A DNA stretch of 64,000 nucleotides from assembly GCA_963845755.1 (NCBI GenBank), contig CAWJTV010000041.1, positions 160,001 to 224,000 of the forward strand. Direction: 5' to 3'. The stretch comes from an uncultured Planctomycetota bacterium. GTDB lineage: Bacteria; Planctomycetota; Planctomycetia; Isosphaerales; Isosphaeraceae. The translations under genes and the position numbers were made by a program. Under the pieces are notes generated by a model. The model was not told where the DNA came from. It saw only the letters and a program-made list of their open reading frames with translations, and did not search any database. Below, one piece after another: positions 57,101 to 64,000 of this stretch. Numbering within the stretch: position 1 is the first letter of the stretch; each line of letters starts with the position of its first letter.

Positions 57101-60100
57101 GTTCTCGCGCTACCTTCGGGGGCCAGCTATAGTGATGGCATCAACCTGGGTGGAGGTTTCGGCGGCGCCAACGGGATGACCCTCAACGGATTTGCCAATA
57201 TCAGCGGGTCGAATCTCGATTTGCTCGATGGGAACTTCAGCGAGGCGGGCAGCGCCTTTACGAGCAGTGCGCTCAACATCAGCTCGTTCGAGACGAGCTT
57301 CAATTTCCAGGTGCTCGAGACCGCGACCTTCCCTCTGGCCGATGGATTCACGTTCACGATCCAGGGGAATGGTCCGAACGCCCTGGGGAACGGTGGTGGC
57401 GACCTCGGTTACGGGGGGATCGGCAATAGCGTCGCCATCAAGTTCGACTACTACAACAATGCCGGCGAAGGGACCGATTCGACGGGCCTCTTCACGGATG
57501 GTCAGGATCCGTACGTCCCGGCCATCGACCTGACGGGGACCGGCGTGAATCTCAGCAGCGGCGACCCGATGAACGTCACGATGAACTATAGCGGCTCGAC
57601 GCTCAACGTCACCATCACGGATCTGTTCACCTTCGCCTCGGCCTCCCAGTCCTACAGCGTCAACATCCCCTCGATCGTGGGCGGTTCGACCGCATACGTC
57701 GGATTCACCGGCGGCGACGGCGGACTGACCTCCATCCCGGCCATCCTCAACTGGAACTTCACGCCGGCTCAGGCGACGATCGGCACCGCCTCGTTCGAAT
57801 CCATCAACGACTTCGTCGCCCCGACCTCGGGCTGGTATTACGCCGAGGTCGGCGGCAACGTCGGGACCAACTACAGCCTGGTCGTGACCCAGGACGCCGA
57901 CTTCACCCTGCATGGCGGTTCCTTCGACAAGGCCCAGCCGCTCAACGGCGTGGAAACCGTCCTGGGTGCCATCGTCCCCGGCCTGCCAGCCCTTCAATCC
58001 CTCGACGATATTGCGTCCAACCCCTCCAGTATTTACGCGACCGATCCGGAAACTGGCGCCTTCGGCGGATCCATTCCCCGGCCCGTCCCGGGAGGTTTTT
58101 ATTTGTTCGGCCAGAACATGGCCAGTGACGGGACCTTTACCTACTACAACGACGGCTTTGGCGGCACTGGGACGATCTTCAAGCTGGATAACACCGGCGC
58201 CGTGGTCGGCTCCTTTACGCCGCCCAACGGTGATCTCTACTCGGGCCTCGCCTATCTCAACGGTTTGCTGTACGCCGCCAATATCGAAGGCAACAGTATC
58301 GACGTCTTCAACGCTACCACCTTCGCGCCCGTCACGACCCTTCAGACGGGCATCACCGACTCGGACCTCGTCGGCCTGGCCGGTGACCCGGACCTGGGCG
58401 TCCTCTTCGCCGTGGGCCAGAGCAATGTGACCCCCGGTGGGACGGGCGCTCTCTACGAGATCGATCCCGCGACGGGCGCCGTGCTGGGCGAAGCCCCGGA
58501 CAACAATCAGGGTCTGTACGAGCAGGACATGGCCTATGCCGATGGCCTGCTGATCGTCTCCGAGACCAACGGCGGCGTTGGCGCGGGCAACAACTTCCTC
58601 GACGAGTATGATCCCAACACCGGTGACTTCGTTCAGCGGGTGGCCCCGCCCTATGCCGGCGCGGCCTCGGGCCTCGCGGGCGACGGCGTCTCCGGCGGCG
58701 CCGGCGACTGGTACCAGTTCAACGTCAACGCCGGCGACAACCTGGTCCTCACGACGACCACCCCTGGCGACAACAGCGGCAATGGCGACCAGTTCTTCAA
58801 CGGGCTGATGCCCACGATCAACCTCTACGACAGCAACGGCAACCTGGTCGCCACCGCGACCGGCAATGCCGCCGACGGCATCAACGACGTCATCGACTGG
58901 ACGGCCCTCACCTCGGGCAGCTACCGGGTGCAGATCATGGGCTCCAGCGCGACCAACCTGGGCGAGTACACCATCAGCGTCCAGGGCGCCACGGGCGCCG
59001 CTTCCACCTTCCAGGTGACGTCGACCAATCCGGCCGCGGGATCGGATATCGGCTACCAGGTCTCGACCATGAGCGTCACCTTCAACAGCGCCGTCTCGTT
59101 CGCGAGCGCGGTCCCCAGCGACTTCACCATCGATGGCAACACCGCCATCGGTGTGACCCCCGTCAACGGGAACACGGTCAGCTTCACCTTCCCGACGACC
59201 TCCAACGGTATTCACAGCGTGTCGATCAGCGGAGTGGAAGACCTCCAGGGCACGACGATGGTGCCCGACAACTTCACCTTCCAGACCGACGACGTGGCCC
59301 CAGTCGTGGTCTCCAGCTCGATCCCGGACGGGGCGGTGCTCCCGCCGGGCCCACTGACCGAGGTCATCACGTTCAACGAGCCGATCCAGCCCTCATCGGT
59401 CAGCGATTCGGACATCTCGCTCGTCGGGGAGGTCCGGGGGATCTCATACACCCCGTCGTCGTTCAGCTTCGATCCGACCGACACCATCCTGACCATCAAC
59501 TACTCCAGCCTGCCCACCGATGCCTACCAGTTCACGCTCGTGGCGGGCCCGAGCAACTTCCTGAGCGACGCGGGCGTGCCGCTTGCGAGCAACTTCGTGA
59601 TCAACTTCACGATGCCCGCGGGCACCAGCAGCATCACGAACATGCAGCCGGTCCTGCCGCTGGGCAGCCTGGTCTATCAAACCACGATCGACAATCTCCT
59701 CCTGTCCTCGAGCGATGTCGATACCTACGATCTGTCGATCGACCCGCACCAGACCCTTGCGGTGATGGTGACCCCGGTCACCTCGACGATGACGGTAACT
59801 GTCACCCTGATTTCGCCCAAGGGCAACGTGCTCGGCTCGGCGACGTCGTCCAGCCCCGGCGCCCCCGTCATCCTGCCGGCCGTCCAGAGTTCCCAGGGGG
59901 GTACCTACCAGATCGAGGTCTCCGGCGGACCCGGCGAATACAAGGTCACGCCCACGCTCAATGCCCTGATCGACACGGCGGCGTATGGGGGCCCGACCCA
60001 CGGCTCGATCGCGACGGCCCTGCCCATCGACCCCTACGCCAACAAGGTCGCCGGCAACGACGAAGAGATGGCGGTCCTGGGGGCACTTGCCGGATCGCCC

Positions 60101-63100
60101 GCGAGCTTCGGCGATGCTCTCGTGGCCGAGGGAACCGACGTGCTGCTGATCGACAAGGCCACGGGCGCGGTCCTGGAGACCTACACGAGTCCCGCGTTTT
60201 CGGGCCTCATCCTCTTCGATGTGGCACTCGCCCCGGACAACACCTTCTTCGTGCTCGGCGATGAGAATAGTTATACGGGCGTCATCGTGCACATGAATCT
60301 CGCGGGCCAGACCCTGGGCACGATCGTGTCCCCGGTGACGGATAGCCCTGGCTTCCTGTCGCCCGAAGGCTTCGGCCTCGATCCCCGCGACGGGAGCTTC
60401 TGGATCCCGCTCCCCAACATGCGCCACATTGCTCCACCTCAGCCCGTCCGGCAGCTTACTGAATGAGTACGCGGTCGCCAGCAATCCGGACGATGCCGCC
60501 GTCGGGCCGGACGGGAATATCTACATCAGCCAGGTGTTCTCCGGGCAGATCGATCAGTTCAATCCCACGACCGGCGTCAACTCGTTCTTCGCCTCCTCAC
60601 CCTTCCCCTTGGGCCTCACCTGGAGCGTTTCGGGCGAGCTCTGGGTCGGCGACATTGACGCGGGGGTCGAAGCCTTCAACAGCTCCGGAGTCCTCGTCCA
60701 ATCGATCTTCAATCCGGGGGACAGTGCCGCCGAGCCGGCCCTCTCGGGCAACATCTGGGACGCGAACATTTCCAGCGACCTCGTGAACCAGTACACCTCG
60801 TCCGGCTCGATCCTGACCCAGACGTCGTTCTCGCCGGAACAGCCCGGCCTGGCGGTCCTGGGCGACGTCCCGGGCGAGGCGCCCTGGTACCGCCCTCGAC
60901 CCCGTATTATTCCTTCCAGCTCGGGCAGGGCCAGAGCGCCACGATCGTCGTCAACAGCCTCAACGGCAAGAATGTGTCGTTCTCCCTCTATGATGATGAG
61001 GGCGACCTGCTGGGCGTGAGCAGCCCCGGCGCGACCAACTACACCGCCGGGCTCAACAACTTCGTCGCCCCGTCGGACGGCACCTATTACATCCAGGTCT
61101 CGGGCGACACCGGGGTCCAGTTCAACCTGGCCGTGACCACGGGCGCCGACTTCACGACCCAGCCGCACAATACGATCACGACCGCCCAGGACATCACCGC
61201 GACCCAGCAGTCGGGCGACAACAAGCTCGGTGGGGCGGTGGGTTATATCCAGAACCCCAGTGGTCCCCAGGTCGGGACCAACTTCGAGGGCCTGAGCTTC
61301 GACGATTCGCCGTGCGGCTGCCTGCCCCCCAACGACATCATCGCGGCCGGGCCGACCCAGGTCATGGATGCGGTCAACACGGTCTTCCGGGTCACCGACA
61401 AGGCCGGCAACGTGCTCTTCCAGGAGAACTTCTCCGATTTCTGGGCCCCCCTGGGCATCACGACCAGCAGCTTCATCTCCGACCCCTATGTCGTCTATGA
61501 CCCACTCGCCGGGCGGTTCTACGTCACGATGCTCGGCGGTACGGACAGCACGCACCTCGACATGCTGTTTGCGGTCTCGAACGACAGCAATGCCACGGAC
61601 GGCTTCTCGCTCATGGAGCGGTTCCACTACGACATCACCGACGACGACGATCTCGACTTCCCCAAGGTCGGGTTCAACTACGATACGGTGATGCTGGAAG
61701 CCAATGACTTCGTGGACGGGAGTAACCCCGAATTCACGGTCTTCGCCGCGATTGACAAGGCCCAGCTCCTCCAGGGCAACATCGTCTCCTATCAGTATGA
61801 GCTGCCGGGCTATCCGCAGAACTTCCGTGCCACGGTACCCGCCCAGATGGACGATGCCACGCCGGGCGAACCGATGTACTTCATCCAGGAGGACGGTTAC
61901 GATAACGGCCAGGCGGCCGAGGTCGTCACACTGACCGATGCCCTGAGCAATACCCCCAACTGGGTCGATACGGTCATCCCGGTGGATCCGTATGGCGAGA
62001 CGACCTTTTCCGACCAGCCCGGCGCGCCGGGTTCGGTGCAATCGATCGACACCACGTTCTCCCGGGCCCAGGTCCTCAATGGAATGCTGGTCGCCACGCA
62101 GACGGTCACCACGCCCGCCGACGGATTCACGACGGACAAGGTTCGGTGGTACGAGATCGCGGTGCCGGATGGGGGGACCCCCTCCCTGGTGCAGCAGGGC
62201 ACGATCGACCCGGGCCCCGGCATCGCCACGTACAACGGCCAGATCGCCATCAACGCCGACGGTGCCCTGGGCGTGAGCTACATGCAGTCGTCGATCAATC
62301 AGTTCGTCTCTATGTATGTCACGGGCCAGGTGCCCGGTGCGCCGCTGGGAACCATGGCACCCGGAGTTTTGGTCCAGGCGGGCAGCCTTTCCCAGCCGGA
62401 GAGCTTCCGGACCGGGGATTACAGCGGCATCGCGCTCGACCCTTCCGACGATCTGACGTTCTGGGCGATCAATCAGTACTACGGCCCCGATATCAACAAC
62501 ATCTGGAATACCTGGGTGGCCTCGTTCCAGGTTCAGCAGAGCATTGGAACGGACTACTATTCCGTCAATGCCAACGCCGGCGACAACCTGTCCTTCAGCA
62601 CCACGACCCCGGCCGGCGGCCCCAACGAGTTCGTGAACAACCTCTATCCCGAGCTCTTGCTCTACGATCCGAATGGCAATCTGGTCGCGGTCGCCGCCGG
62701 CAACGCCAGCGACGGCAGGAACTCGATCATCCAGTTCACGGTGCCCGATGGAGACGCCGGCCAGTGGACGATCGAAGTCACCCCGTCGCCCAACACGCCG
62801 CTTCCGACCCAGGGCGAGTACGGCCTGCTGGTCACCGGCGCGACGGGTGCCCTGTCCCCCTTCGACGTGACGAGCACCACGCCCGCTCCTGGTGCGCTGG
62901 TCCAGCCGCCATCGACCATCACGGTCTCCTTCAATGAGCCGGTCAACCTGTCCACGCTGACCCCGGGTGAACTGGAGGTGAACGGCGTCGCGGCCACGGC
63001 GGTCACCGACGTCAACGGCAACACGGTGGCCTGGACGATCCCGTCGAGCGCCTATGGCACGGGTGTCGACCTCCCCAACGTGGTGACGATCGGTGCCGAT

Positions 63101-64000
63101 GCCGATGGCAACCAGATCATGGACGTGAGCGGCCAGACCCTCACGCCTTACAGCTACACGTTCTTCACCACCAACGTGCCGCCCGTCATCATCAGCTCGT
63201 CGATCGACGGCCAGGTCTTCTCACCGGCCCCGGCGGACGTGACCGAGGTGGTCACGTTCAACCAGCCGATGGATACGTCGTTCACGACGGCGTCAAGCTT
63301 CGAGCTGCAGGGCAACTATCGCAACGTGCAATACGCGGCGGCCTCGTTTAGCTGGGATCCGACGGGCACCATCTTGACGATCAATTACGACAATCTGCCC
63401 GACGACACCTACACGCTGACCTTGTTCGCCGGCGGCTTCGAGAACACCGTCGGCATCCCGCTCGCGAGCAATTACACGGCCAACTTCGCCGTGGCACTGG
63501 GCTCGGCGGCCTTCGGAGGGACCTTCAAGCCGGTCGCGCCGGCGGGCTCCCTGATCTACACGGGCACCGATAGTCACGTGCTGGTCACCCCGACCGACGT
63601 CGATTACCTGACCGTCAGCCTCAATGCCGGCGAGACGCTGACCCTGATCGGAACGCCGACGACATCCAGCCTCCAGCTCGCGATCACGGTGTTGGATCCC
63701 AGCAATAACGTGATCGCTACGGCGACGGCTCCGGCCCAGGGCGCCAATGCCGTCATCGAGACCGCGCCGGTCACGACGACCGGGACCTACACGATCGCGA
63801 TCAGCGATGCCAACGGCAACCTGGGCCTGTACTCGATCCAGGCCTACCTCAACAGCTACGTCAAGCAAGGCACGTCGAACGACACGATCGCCACGGCCCA
63901 GGACATTTCCGGCAGCTCCTACTTGCTCGGCTCTGGCGATGCCGATCGGCTGGGCGTGGTGGGTAGCCTGCCGTCCAATGTACTCAACGTGGGCGATGTC
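54168..64000 (+). CDS. Giant secreted multidomain S53 (sedolisin) peptidase with Ig-like, PPC, L-type lectin and beta-propeller domains; 3' end outside window (frameshifts ~55855, ~60420, ~60890)
   Basis: LESLEERTLLS leader; S53 motifs EIALDVEW, SSGDDG, GGTSVSSP, YDLDTGIGSP; lectin motifs ADGFTFTIQ...SVAIKFD...AYVGFTGG; repeated DxDYYxF and TFNEP modules. Confidence 0.88.

Noticed and set aside
1386..60900. About 20 frameshifts as pseudogenes or programmed frameshifting (sdhA, sdhB, putA, dacB, DUF1501, RHS etc.)
   Set aside because: They hit core genes at random and share no slippery motif. In the 447-bp array the shifted units are exactly 448 bp, so single-base sequencing indels are the simplest explanation.
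55867..63868. Long minus-strand ORFs (e.g. 57110-59215, 60554-62041)
   Set aside because: They are antisense shadows of the plus-strand giant gene, with no protein motifs.

Overview
GC-rich bacterial DNA, most likely a planctomycete of the Isosphaeraceae type (inferred from the DUF1549/DUF1553 + DUF1501 pair, an ECF sigma factor with a long C-terminal extension, and LExRxLLS-type secreted giant proteins). About 20 genes or gene segments are broken by single-base frameshifts. In a 447-bp tandem array the broken units are exactly 448 bp, which points to long-read indel errors rather than pseudogenes. Housekeeping content: Eis-like GNAT, Gfo/Idh/MocA oxidoreductase, RbsD-like protein, a long (~540 nt) RNase P RNA, ComEA-like protein, dacB, sdhCDAB, an Ldh_2-family dehydrogenase, two-component genes, a DRG/TGS GTPase, a YbaK-family protein and putA. 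Two giant secreted proteins: a ~10.5 kb RHS/YD protein and a >9.8 kb S53-peptidase/lectin/PPC/Ig protein that runs off the window. Most notable observations: (1) a HEPN RNase plus an MNT/BolA-like small gene sitting inside the sdh operon, overlapping the sdhB start; (2) a RAYT transposase with REPs at its start, at its stop and in frame inside it, with Cys at the expected catalytic Tyr; (3) a nested MITE-in-REPIN-in-MITE structure next to a truncated PIN module ending in a half attC-like site; (4) an RHS protein whose post-DPxG segment is SYYG/GGLTPY peptide repeats rather than a recognisable toxin.
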